Origin: Octopus sinensis
Taxonomy: Eukaryota
Direction: 5' to 3'
Length of the DNA stretch: 64,000 nucleotides
Assembly: GCF_006345805.1 (NCBI RefSeq)
Contig: NC_043006.1
Span: 83,762,001-83,826,000 of the forward strand
Below the pieces are notes generated by a model, which did not search any database, had not been told where the DNA came from, and saw only the letters and a list, made by a program, of their open reading frames with translations. A program made the translations under genes and the position numbers. Below are positions 24,982 through 37,254 of this stretch, one piece after another; the first letter of the stretch is position 1; every line of letters starts with the position of its first letter.

Positions 24982-25305
24982 TACTTATTCTTCTTTCGCT
25001 GAAATGCTAAGTTACAGGGAATTTAACACACTAGCATTGGCCGTCAAGCGATGGACACACACACGCATAAACAAACACACACACATACACACATATATAT
25101 ACAACAGGCTTCTTTCAGTTTCCTTCAACCACACACAACATTTTGGTTGGCCCGAGGCTATAGCAAAAGACACTTGCCCAAGGTGCCATGCAGTGGGACT
25201 GAACCTGGAGCTATGCGGTGTGGAAGCAAACTTCTTACCACACAACCACGCCTCTGTGTGTGTGTGTGTGTATGTGTGTGTGAGTGCGTGCGTGTGCGTG
25301 CGTGC

Positions 25306-25338
<33 letters not shown>

Positions 25339-27437
25339 TGTGTGTGTGCAATAGCAGAAATTCTATTATTTCATCCAGTTTAGGGAAAGATGAAGATTAA
25401 GCTTGATCTATTTGTCTTAGGTAAGATATTAGTGTTAAGCCTCTGATGAATGTACATAACGCTGCTTCTTTAAATTCATTTCAGAGAACACGGGTTCAAT
25501 TCCTAATTAAATGGGTGCAAATATTTAGCTTTTAGACTTTTTTTATCGATTGCAGATCTTATTCTATAACGTAACTAGTTATGTCCCTTTAGTGAGTTAT
25601 TTCCCTTTGAAGAATTTCATTTTATATAGCACACACGCGAAAATTTGTGTGTAGTCGTGTGATCTGTTAATAATAATAGCTAAATTTCCCTCAACTCAGC
25701 ATCATACTGTCTTAAAGAAAATAAAATACAACCTGGATAATGCAATCCTAGGAACATTTCTTTAGCTGTAGACTTAATCCGTTACTCTGCTTAACACCAC
25801 TCCCTAGCACATCATTTGCCTTCAGTGGAGCTCATTCTTTGGTTTGAGGCTATTCCCTTCCCTATCACTTATCAGATTCGGAAGCCCTATAAAGGGTCGT
25901 TGGTTATGCCTTCCCACCTGATTAAAAGATAAAAATCGTTGTTGTTTTCGCATAAAAAAAGACCAGAACGAAGGCAAGTGAGAACATGAGATTAATGTGG
26001 TGGTCTGAAGAAAATAAGACTCTCCGTATTATTTTTAAATATTGTTCAGTAGCTGAGTAAACTAGATTTGCTACTTCATAAGATATAAGAAGTCTTATAA
26101 CTGATTATCTTGGGATTATAAACTTAAGATGCTGAGGACGATGATAAGCTTGTTGTATAAGAGATTAACTTAGTATAATTCACACTTCCATACACATATA
26201 ACTTATACAGGGCGCAGGTATCTTTTGTTAAAATCTCCCTTACTGTACAATGTTCGGTTGATATGACTCAGAAAGTTCTTACTATTGCTTTACATCTGAA
26301 TAGCTAATGTTAATTTGTACAGTATAATTGCTGATTACTGATTTTTGGAATAGGATGAGCGTATTATTTATCTATTTATTTTTGCTTGTTTTTGTTGTTC
26401 TTTATCTTCTGAGATCAAATCTTGCTGATTTGAATACATGTCATGTGGGTGACGCATTGAACAACTGGATGTGTGCAAAAGACCTATTTTTCTTGATATA
26501 CTATACTTCTGCTTATTGTAGTATGTCACATGTGTACATTTTCCGATGTAATGATTTGTCACTCAAGCATGTCTAATTAAGAAATCTATAACATCGATCT
26601 CCTACAAATAGCAGCCATATATTTCTTCAAATCATACTCAACTGCCATAGAAAATGAAAATGCGTTACTTAATTTGGTCCTGGATATACTGTGTTTGGTA
26701 AGAAAGAAAGAACGAAAGAAAGAAAGGAAGAAAAAGACGTGATAGTCACGGTCGGAGTATCTTTGATTACAAGCCTGCTCAGACAAGAGCAATTATATAT
26801 AAGAGTTATCTCCCTTCCAATATTTGCCACATTCGCTGATGAAAGCGTAACACAAGGAAACTAGAGAGAAAATTATCTAATTAAACACAGAAATTGTCAA
26901 GTAGACAAAGTAAGATGGATTTTTATCGACCCTGCAATGATTTATCAAAGAGAATTATATAGATGGAAACAATCGTGGATTGTCAGTGATTGAGTGGAAT
27001 ATCTTAGTAAAGGCTTGCATCGAAGCAAAGATAATTGAAGCGACAAAGATAAAGTCTCTATTTCTTGGCTGTTGTAGGAAATAGTTTTAGCAATCGTTCG
27101 TTGTTAACGTTTTGTGCATCAATGTGCTGCTGGGAAGAATAAAAGAGAAGATTATTAAAGACTCAAATGGAATTCATTCAACCTTGTTGTTAAATATCTT
27201 CACGATATGTAAAATCTTTTGTTATTTTATGTGTACCATTTTTGCATTATTTTAATTTCCAATCTCCGTAAAAGACAAATATTTTTCTAGTGAAACCAAA
27301 GATGATTTTTCTCATTCCAGGATTATAAATTTAATTTGAACAATTTCAGCGGAGTGGGTTGGTGTTGAAATAAAATAATATAGACATATTTTTTATTTAA
27401 ATGATGGAGGATGCCGGTATGTGACTCTTCTATAATA

Positions 27438-27700
27438 TTTCATTTTGGGATTTGGTTTGCAAGATTCTTTATATGAGTTCGTGTGTTGACGCATATTCTG
27501 TTGTGTCTGGGGAGAGTCATTTTCTTTTTGTGCCTTATGATATAGCACACTCACCGGTAAAATTTCCAAAACTATTGAAAAGGTTGCAAGACGCGACGAA
27601 AATTTTAGGAAAATAAAAATAAGAAAAAAGTGGAAATTTTACCGGTGAGTGTGTTATATTATAAGGCACAAAAAGAAAATGACTCTCCCCAGACACAACA
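27438..27700. mobile_element. Short PLE-type insertion with inverted terminal arms
   Basis: 10-bp direct repeat TTCTATAATA at 27428-27437 and 27701-27710. 69-bp inverted arms at 27500-27568 and 27631-27699. The PLE assignment is an inference from the hammerhead-like loop and inverted-arm layout. Confidence 0.6.
27572..27608 (+). ncRNA. Minimal hammerhead-like motif with U3-A8 core
   Basis: CUA-UUGAAAA-G-GUUGC(AAGAC)GCGAC-GAAA-AUU-U-UAG; helix I is only 3 bp. Confidence 0.45.
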
Positions 27701-28189
27701 TTCTATAATAGTGTTTCCGTTAATCTCATCCAAGTTATTTCCCATTAAAAGCTTTTTTTTCTTTCTTTCTTTCTTATCAATTATCCTTTAGTGTGGTAAG
27801 ATGGACAGGATTAGTGTAGCAAAATATAGCAATATGTTCAATCCACGAGCATTTTAGTAAATGAAAAATATATGAATTCAAAAACTGAAACACATGCAGA
27901 AGAATAATAGTGGTGGTGCTCTTTCAGTTGCCTGATTTAAAACTGGACTCTGTATCTTGAATACACATTAGGACTCCGTGGTGCGAGCCAATAAAATAAA
28001 AGAGGGTGTACAAGAGCTACGCAAACCTGCTCAGATGTTGCCAATTGTTTGATAGGTAACGACTGGATTTCCTGAATGTGTTTATGTGAACATGGACAAA
28101 CATCATCAGGTCCTCCTGATCGTATCCAAATCGAATATTCCAGAGACCAATTGATAGAGATAGCGTAGTTTGTCAACAATTCAAAGAGA

Positions 28190-28470
28190 CCTGCTGTACA
28201 GACCACAAATTCGTGATCTGTTTGGTTCACCTAGATAGGGTTCGTTGGCAGGGACCCGATTACGGGAAACTGGAAGCGCCATTCCTGGCATGTAAAGCTG
28301 GGAGAGATTGGATTAGTGAATTAGTTAAGCGGGAGTTGAACAATTGTCAACAACAAATGGTTCGCTTGAAAAAAGTGATTATAGTAGAATCGATAAGGTT
28401 TAATAAGGAATTAGCAACAGAGAAAACTAGAATAGAGAAAGAGAGAGACTTAGAAACTTAGAAGAGGCAC
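28190..28470 (+). pseudogene. L1/Tx1-like LINE ORF2 fragment (end of endonuclease)
   Basis: TDHKFVICLVHLDRVRWQGPDYGKLEAPFL..VESIRFNKELA resembles SDH..GPGYWKLN..L. Confidence 0.6.
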
Positions 28471-29167
28471 TTTGGAAAAACCGCATTAGATGTGTTTGGA
28501 TCTAGATTAGAACCATGGCAAATTTTTCTACCTGAAACGCGAAGACTGCTTGGCAGAGCTAAGATAATTATTCTATTACTGTAGTCTACGAAGGATCAAA
28601 AGCCGTTCGATAGGCCTGGTTGACAGAGGTGCAACGTGGCAACTAAGTCACAATTGGATCTTTAGTGGACCGTGATGTTGTTCATGTTGTTCGATCCCAC
28701 GCAGATATATGCGACTTTTCAGTGGTGCTTTGCTCGGCTGTTCTAGATGAGTGGTAGACCTGATTGCAGAGTGGACCTCAATGCCTACCTTGACGGCCTG
28801 CCCTGACTCTCAACAAGGCAAGCAGAGCGTTGCAAAATGTCGATTACAGCTGCAGAAGTACGTGAAGTGATGTTTGGTTGAACAGAGGTAGGGACAAATC
28901 CTCAAGTTTTAATGGTCTACCATACGAGCTTTACTCAATCCTGAGTCAAGCTAAGACCGACATAGGACGCTTGCCATCTGATATATCATTGAACGTTCAC
29001 AGCCCTCCACCAGTTGAACAATGCGATCAGTGGAAGTTTTCTGTTGACATTTTATAAAGGGTTAATGTTGGACAAAAGTGACGACGTCTTAGGGAAAACT
29101 CTCGACGTCAATGACAATCAACTGCCTGGTCTGCTCTGGAGGACTTTCGAGTTTGGACCCATTGGCC

Positions 29168-29262
29168 ATGACAGAGAAAGTTCAGCAGAGAATCTGTATC
29201 AAATTTTGCCAAAAGCTTGGCGATACCTGCTCAGAGACTTACGTAGTTTTCAAAAAGTTTTC
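29168..29262 (+). pseudogene. Mariner transposase N-terminal fragment
   Basis: MTEKVQQRICIKFCQKLGDTCSETY resembles the Mos1-type HTH start; cut off at the CR1 5' end. Possible left TIR near 28587 (TACGAAGG). Confidence 0.65.
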
Positions 29263-29354
29263 ATCGTTCTCGACACAACCAAGGTGATCTGAGATCTGCA
29301 AGAAGGGCTTCTCATCAAGATGATGGTCCTACCAATAGTCAGCTCAACGAGCAG

Positions 29355-30432
29355 TTGCTATTGCTCAAACAAGAGGTCGAGCACCTAAAGTCTGTTGTTG
29401 CTCTTTTACTGAATAAACAGTCTCCTGTTGACGCAGAGTCACCCTTGATTTCTTCCCTGGAGACGCCCAAACCGAAGGGAACAAAATCGAAGCGGCCAAA
29501 GAAGGCGAAGGAACCGGCGGTCGTTTCTGCACATGATCGTTCCTGTGCGGATTCATCTGCCTTTTCGGTCCCGGAGGTTCCCCAACCTAATTTGAGGAGC
29601 GTAGACTCAAACCCACCTGAAGACCGTTGTTCTCCCCAAAAGAAGAAACGTAGTCAAAACTCCAGTGGGGCAGATTTAGCTATGAAACCTGATCACGATA
29701 AAATCTGTTTGGATTCTCCCTCACTTGTCCTTCCCATTAATGCCATTGCTCAACCAATTCTGAACGATCTCGTTGTGAATTCATCTGGGGGGAGAGTGAT
29801 GCTCCCCCAAACCGAAGAAGAGGCAGTGCAGTTCCAAACCAGGCGGGAAAATTATGACCACTAAACCCATTCCGATCGACCCCACAGGCCGACATAAGTC
29901 TGATGGCTATGAAACCACCCTTTCGAAATCATCCAATGAAGAATCGAATACCGCAGCTCATAGTAGAGAACATTTTGCCCACTCAAGATCAGCAATAATT
30001 TATGGTAAAGCTGAATCCACCTGTGATACAGGCATAAACCGCCTAAAAGAAGACATTAATTTTGTTTCCATTTTAGTAGGAGAATTGTTCTCTGTGAACG
30101 AAAATGTCAGTATCCATAAGGTCGCTCGGCTAGGAAGATTCCAAGCGAACCCAACCTCAGATACTAGACCACGCCCAATAAGGGTGATCTTTTCTTCCGA
30201 TCGGGAGGCTTCAGTCTTTCTGAACAGAGCTCAGACGCATGCCTGGGAGGACCCCAATATGGGTTTTCGCGAGGAATACTCACTGAGAGAGAGAATTCAC
30301 CGGAGAAACCTAATATCCGAACTAAAGATGAGGAAACAAATGGGAGAGAAGGGTTTACGCATCCAAGATGGACAAATAATCAAGTCCTACCTCTGGTCCC
30401 ATGCTGTAGTGCTGACAGGGAAAGTGAAGTGA
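29355..30432 (+). pseudogene. CR1 ORF1 (coiled coil, disordered linker, RRM-like domain) with one frameshift near 29800
   Basis: LKQEVEHLK coiled coil and IIYGKAES..VARLG..RPRPIRVIF..RRNLISELKMRKQMGEKGLRI. Frames join by a 1-nt indel in the G6/C5 runs at 29787-29808. Confidence 0.8.
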
Positions 30433-33388
30433 GGGCAAATCGAAGTGAAGTTGATACCCCCGTCAACGATGCTATCTCTGATACCCCTTATTCTGCTTGT
30501 TCCCCAACTCCCGCCCCTCAGACTTCACAGCTCAGCATCGTCTATACCAACTCGTGCTCCTTATTCCCAAAGTTCAGCGAACTATTTACACTGGCCATAC
30601 GTGACTCCCCTGATGTGATAGCTATCACCGAGACTTGGCTAACTCCAGCAGTAAAGGACTCAGAAATCCACCTGCAGGGCTACGTCCTTTTCAGATGTGA
30701 CAGAGGAAAAAGGCGAGGTGGAGGTGTTGCTGTGTATGTTAAGTCTGAGCACAAACCGTCCAGCGGTATTCTACCCACTAATGCTCAACTTACAACAAAA
30801 TTCGATGCCGTCTATTGCAAGCTGAGCCTATCCGAGTTTTGCCTGCCCGTGTTAGCTGTCTACAGGCCGCCTCTTGCCGACCCCCAGGACGATGCTCATT
30901 TACTCGAAGCGATAAGATTCGTTTCAGCTTCGCATGACTGTTTGGTACTAGGAGACTTCAACGCTCCCACGATCGATTGGCCCGCATCAATTTGTACAAC
31001 ATCTTCCCGGTTCGGCCAGGCCCTTCTCGACGTGGCTGAAGATTGTTTTCTATCGCAACATGTTGAATATCCGACAAGGCATCGGTCTGGGCAGCAGCCA
31101 TCTATGCTAGATCTGGTATTCTCCCGCTACCCAAGTCAGTGTCAGACGTATCTGTGTGCGCCCCTCTTGCCAAGAGTGATCATGCGGTCCTGAAGTTCGT
31201 CATGCACACAACTTTTTCTACGCCCACGACTACTTCGCTGCCACGTAGAGTCTTCTCTGCAATTAATCTTGAAATTCTAACCGAGGCTTCCGCGCTTCTG
31301 GACTGGCGATCCCTGATGACGTTGTCCTCAGTTGACGAACTATGGTCATCCCTCAAAGCATATGTAATCTGGTTGACTGACCAGGCAGTTCCCGTTGGGC
31401 TTCCCAAGAAGAAGAAACACAAGCCCTGGGTGACGAAGAAGGTTAAACAAGAACGTCGACTCAGAGATATTGCTTGGGCTGAATTCAAAAATCTGGATTC
31501 GACTGCAGCTTTTGAGGTGTACAAAACTCAACGAGACCGAGCCGTGAAAATTAAAAAGGAAGAACGCTTCAGTTATGAATACAAAATCGCGGCAAATGCC
31601 AGTAGCAATCCAAAAACCTTCTTTGCCCATGTCCAACGGAATTCCCGCTTGAACAACCAGATTGCAACGTTGGTAGACTCAACAGGCGTATCGATTGAGG
31701 ACCCTTATCAACAGAGTCAATTATTTGCCGAGGCTTTTTCAACTATTTTCAAACAAGATGATGGTCGTGAACCCCCTCCATTTGATAGATCGGTACCTCC
31801 AATGCTTCGATTGGTCATCACGCGGGACGAAGTCAAACGTGTTATTCAAGGCCTCGATGTCAACAAGGGTCACGGCCCTGACGGCATACACCCACGGGTT
31901 ATCAAAGCGTTGGCTCCGGTCATTTGCGAGCCCTTAACACGTCTATTCAATATGTCATTGACGACGGGTGTTATACCTGCAGACTGGAGAACAGCGATAA
32001 TCTGCCCAATTTTCAAGAAAGGGAGCCGCGAAGACCCGCTTAACTACCGACCGGTTTCCCTTACATCAATAATCAGCAAGATGTTCGAAACCATCCTTAA
32101 GAAAAGTATGATGCTCCACCTCCTAAACACAGCCTCTATCTCTGATTCCCAACACGGCTTCGTGCCGAAGAGATCATGCTTGACCAACTTACTAGTAATG
32201 GAAGAATTGGTGACGCGCATCCTCGATGTTAGTGATGCTGTTGACATCGTTTTATTGGACTTTGCCAAAGCTTTTGACTCGGTAAACCACCGCCTATTAC
32301 TAGTAAAGCTTCAAGCATATAGTTTCCATCCGGATATTGTACGATGGGTTGGTGCCTTCCTCTCAGATCGCTCCTTCCAAGTCCAAGTTAATGGTTCGCG
32401 GTCCGACATCTCCAGTGCGAGCAGTGGCGTGCCTCAAGGTTCAGTGCTTGGGCCCTTATTGTTCTTAGTCTTCATAAATGACTTGCCCGACGACCTCACG
32501 CAACACACCCTTCTATTTGCCGACGATATCAAACTGGTCGCTCCTCGCGGTGATATAGAGGATCTTCGTCGATGCCTCCACCAAATTTGGAAGTGGTCTA
32601 ACGAATGGGACCTGTGTCTGAACGTGTCAAAGTGCTGTCATCTGCCTGTCGGCTCTCCTCCTGCAACTCAACTTGATTTCGAGCCGGGTCGTCTGCTGCT
32701 GGAGAGGACCGATCAGGTAAAGGACCTGGGTATCTTGGTGGATTCCTCCTTTTCGCCTTCGGCCCAGTGCGTCCATGCTGCCAACAAAGCACGCGGAATT
32801 CTGTTCTTGATTCGACGGTCATTCGGAATGCTCTCAGCAACCATATTCCTACCACTCTATGTCACGCTGGTGAGACCCATATTGGAGTACGGGATTCAAG
32901 CCTCTTCTCCTTACCTCCTCAAAGACATACATCATCTCGAAAGAGTCCAGAAGCTGGCTACCCGCATGGTTCATGGTCTCAAAAATTTGTCATACGAAGA
33001 AAGGCTGAGGATGCTCGACCTTTATTCTCTTGAAAAACGCCGCCGCCGTGGTGATCTCATTCTCGCCCACAACATCATAAGCGGAAAGTGTAACCTCTCG
33101 AAAGAGCTGTTCTTCACTCCTGCTCCAGAGCGTCGGCTGCGGGGTCATTCCGAAAAGCTCTACCTGCGACGATTTCATCTCAATCGAAGGAGAGGAGCTT
33201 TCTCCGTCCGGGTTGCGGATCCGTGGAACAAGCTGCCAGACGAGATGGTGAAGATGCCGACGACCGCTTTGTTCAAAGCTTCCCTTGACCTCAAGTGGCC
33301 TGAACTCTTTTTCATGAACACCACCCTGTACTTAACTCCATTCCCCCCTACATGGCCTTGCTATTTGCTTTTGAGCCAAATTAACTAA
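30429..33388 (+). pseudogene. CR1 ORF2 (APE endonuclease plus reverse transcriptase) with a single frameshift at ~31140
   Basis: TNSCSL, AITETWL, GGGVAVYV, LGDFNAP and LDLVF; then SDH in the next frame, YRPVSLTS, LDFAKAFD, GVPQGSVLGP, LFADD and WNKLP. Confidence 0.93.
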
Positions 33389-33929
33389 CTAACTAACTAA
33401 CATGAGATATGCAATGTTCTTAGATGAGTAAACATGCACTGGCTTGCCGAATTTTTAAAATACATTCCAATTTCCGAAATTTCACCTCGTCATGTTCATG
33501 GTAAACGTTACGAAGATAGTCATGTACTTTCCCCGACTTTAGGTTCCACAACACACGCATCAGAAACACATGCCTTTCCTTGTAGTTGAAGTTAATGAAA
33601 CCATTCTTCAGATGTTTCCATATACTTTCGATTACACAGTGTATACTTCTGCTGTTATCATATTCTAGGGCCTTAATTGTTTGCTAAAATAATGACGCAT
33701 GCAAAAATTATCAATTGTCAGCTAAAAAATAAACATAGTTAACAAGCATTATTTGTCAAATTAATCAAGTTAGCTCATAGCAAATTATTTCCACCGATAT
33801 AATACAAGGTTCCAGCGAAATTATAATGCGAACACGATTTCCTCACTTCCAACCACAGAGTTACTGCATAACATAAAAGCATTCATTGTGGCTTTTGGAG
33901 TGATACCGACCATAGGAAACGTCTTCGTG

Positions 33930-34460
33930 CCTTCTTTAGCGTACAGTCTACCGCAGTATCCTACTTGAGCGTGTGATCTACCGCAGTATTCTGTCTATGC
34001 TGTGAAATTACTTTTAGTGTGTGGTCTACCTTTTCTTACCCTTTTACACTTTAGCGTGCGATCTACCTCCACTATAAGAACTTTATACAACAGGATGATA
34101 AAAACAAATTGAATAATGTTGAGTAATGATTTATTAATAACTTACAATTAAATCTTAATTAACGATACATGCTTCGTACGTCATTTAAGAATGCTACAAT
34201 CAAATCTGCTGTATCTTTTCCCGAAACTTTCCAGCAAAAGTGATCAAAGACTGGAAAAGCTCACTACTAATGCCTCCCATTTTCTTTAAAATAGTCGTTT
34301 TGGAATCCAACCTTGATCTCTCAATAGCCTCTGTAAAATTATACGTCTATAGAAATCCTTTAACAACATTGTAACGGTAAAAATTAACTCGGGTTAAGAG
34401 GGTAAGGAAAGGTAGACCGCACGGTAAAAATGATTTCAAGACCGCACGCTAAAGTAGCAC
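33930..34460. mobile_element. Degenerate MITE with long imperfect TIRs built of a repeated motif
   Basis: TTTAGCGTGCGGTCTACC-like motif four times on + (33935-34070) and inverted at 34399-34456; ~42-bp inverted match 34003-34043 versus 34399-34440. Confidence 0.5.
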
Positions 34461-34809
34461 CAACACGTTTTTGTCAAAAAAAGAAAATAACTTGATAATG
34501 ACAATACGCCTTCCATGATGCTATCTGAGAATCTCAGGACAGTTAAAGTAATGAGCAACAAACCATTTGGTAGGTGGTCATAGTTTTATGATTGCGTAAA
34601 ACGACATGAACACTCGGCTAGTTTTCCCACTAATTTTGTTGCATGACGAATTTCTTTTCTTAAATGTGTCTAAAATGTAAGTATAGGCTGCGTAGTAAGA
34701 AGTTTGCTTGTCAACCACATGGTTCCGGGTTCAGTCCCATTGCGTGCACCTTGGATAAATGTCCTTAACTATAGCTCCGGGCCGACCAAAGCTTTGTGAG
34801 TAGATTTAG

Positions 34810-35730
34810 TAGATGATTTATTGATAGCTTAATATGTGTGTCTGTGTGTGCGTCATGTATACAGAATAATAGACAGGCCGTCATGAGAACAAAGTGTATG
34901 CGTGTATAGACATGGATGTATGCGTGCGTTAAGTACATATAAGAATAACAAGACATTGAAAGAGTCTATAATGAGAAGTCAGACAAATGTTTATAGACAC
35001 ACGAATGAGAAATACTAGTTCGTAGTCGATTGTACACGGAATAGAAATACTATATCAAGAAGTTGCGGCGATGAGGCAGAACCGGTTGCGGTGCGTTTCG
35101 TACGAAGTTGTGGCTGTAATACCGCTGCCTGGGTTACTTGTACGGGAGTTCTAGCAGGTTGTATATTTGCTGTTAACCATGGTGAAGTAATTCACGAACA
35201 GTGCAATGTTAGAACCTGTGCAGTGTTGCAGGTTGAGCTATGTACGTAGAGATGTTGTTAACGTCGTTAAGATGATGGTGGCAACGAAGAAAGAGAGTGC
35301 CGTAATGCTGTTGGACGGGTGTTGTCGTCTAGCTCGCAAGTTATATCTTTTCTGTTGATTCAGGGTGAAGTAATTCACGAACAGTGCTGTGGTGAAACCT
35401 GGACGTGTTACTGTTGGACAGGTGTTGTCGTCTGGTGTTGTCGCTGGAACTAGCTGTGTCTTGTGTGGTCAGTGGCTAGACCTTAAAATGTCTGGAACCA
35501 AAGACCTCGAGACGAGACGGTGAGTTTTTATAAGAAACAGTAGGCTCAATCTGAGTTAAGAAAAGGCTGTCTCACGTGATCTTATTTAGAGCTCCGATTG
35601 GTTATACGCAGCAGATTGGCGCAACAGAGTAAGATACAGATTGCGCCAATACCGACCAATCAGAGTAGTGGACACAACGGGGTCTAGATAGCGGCCAAAA
35701 GTTAGCTGCTATCTGCTACGTTCGAATGTA
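34810..35730 (-). mobile_element. LTR-like repeat, copy 1
   Basis: Reverse-complement homolog of 60790-62090; CCAAT boxes, TATAAAA and AATAAA in promoter-to-polyA order. Confidence 0.5.
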
Positions 35731-35800
35731 TGTATTTATATATAATAATGGAGAGATGAATTTCATTGAGTAGACGCTACAAATAAAATAAGTACTGGGG

Positions 35801-36035
35801 TCCGGTGGTTCTCAACCATTTTTTGCTTATGGACCTTTTTGGTCCCTATTTTACTCCACTGGACCCTCATATCCATTCAATGTTTTATAAACGTCCCATT
35901 ATATTTTGAAAATGAAATTTTATTAGGAAGTGTATAAAAAAATTATTAAACTATTTTGTTAATTGTAGAAGCATAATCGATTCATTGTACATAAATTTTA
36001 ACAAAATTTAACGTGGGCCCCGATTGAGAACTCTC
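35801..36035. mobile_element. hAT-like MITE remnant
   Basis: CCGGTGGTTCTCAACC left end; degenerate GATTGAGAAC right end. Confidence 0.45.
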
Positions 36036-36127
36036 ATATAGATTTATAAAGCCGGCTTCCCGGTTTATAAAGAACCTGCCATTCATCTTTCTCGAAGATA
36101 TTTGGCTTATTGCAACTGGGAGCGATA

Positions 36128-36642
36128 CCGTAAATTCTCGAGTATAATCCGCCCCCCCCCCCCAAATTTAAAGGTCAAAATCCCTAGTGCGTACTACATA
36201 CGAGGTTAAAAATGAAAAATATTTTCTAAGCAATGTCCGAGTCTCTATTTGCTGTCCGGCAATGTTTATTCAGACGCATTCTGTGATGTCGGGTGCGAAA
36301 ATACCTTAAGCTAAGCCTGAAAGCAATGAAGAATCATCCATAACTTACAGTAAGCAACATTTATTAAAATAAAAGTATTCAGAACACAGAATAACATGTA
36401 AAAAAAAAAACAATTTGCAAACATATTTACATTCCCATATAACAGTTAATAACAGCACCATTATTGTATTACGCATGCGCGGAAGTGGTGGTTCGACTAG
36501 GTGCTGCTGGCTTAATTACTCACGACTCAAGTTAGAGAAGGGATGCGTGTTATACACAAGGTTTAGGTTTTTCAGAAGTACAGCCCCCTAAAATTCCCCT
36601 GCGTATTATACTCAAGGGCGAACTATACTCGAGGATTTACGG
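36128..36642. mobile_element. Tc2/pogo-like MITE, copy 2
   Basis: Same TIRs and TA TSD as 24071-24981. Confidence 0.88.
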
Positions 36643-37254
36643 TATTTTCGGTCTGACGTTTGATAAAACAATTTTCATTCCTCAACTTCTTCACAGAAAA
36701 ATCATTTCTTTTACTACTAACAATTTTATTTCTTTCTCTGCGTAGTGTAAAGGACGGGAAAGGTCTTTTACTTAGAGCTGGCAAAATGACAGAAATTTGT
36801 TGTTCACCCTGAGACACTCTCTATTGTATCCTCTGGCCAATAGACAGAATTCTCGAAGACCTCGAAAATTCCATGCAACCGTTCTCTGTCATTGCCCTAC
36901 CAAAAAGAAGACGCTCGAATCGCCTGCGTCTTTACCTGACGTCCCTTCCTTCTTCACTCGTCCCTTTTCACTTACGGCGCATCACTCATTAGTTCCTGCA
37001 CTGGGAATCCCGATTCATACATTTGTATTTAACGATTGTAAATATCGTTAAATAAAAACCTTAAGCGTAATCAATAAAACATGACTGAAGTGTCATTCCA
37101 CTCTTAGCTCATAATTCAAACATGTCAACTTATCAGCCATTCAACAAAGTCTTCAAACAAATGTGTATCGGCAGAACAAGATCCTTCTTGTCCGGCCCAC
37201 AGTCGTAAGAATCTATAAGTTGACTGCTGCTTGTCAAGGCTTTTGATATTAAAA

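Larger units (their letters stand above)
29260..33401 (+). mobile_element. Near-full-length CR1-clade LINE
   Basis: ORF1, APE and RT domains; (TAAC)5 tail at 33382-33401. The 5' boundary is approximate. Confidence 0.93.

Noticed and set aside
26582-26697. Plus-strand exon candidate (IYNIDLLQIAAIYFF...LDILCL then GTAAGA)
   Set aside because: The acceptor is weak with no pyrimidine tract, and I recognise no homology.
31139-31193. Programmed frameshift between CR1 endonuclease and RT
   Set aside because: It splits the endonuclease before its SDH motif, there is no slippery site, and one missing G explains it (mutation or assembly error).
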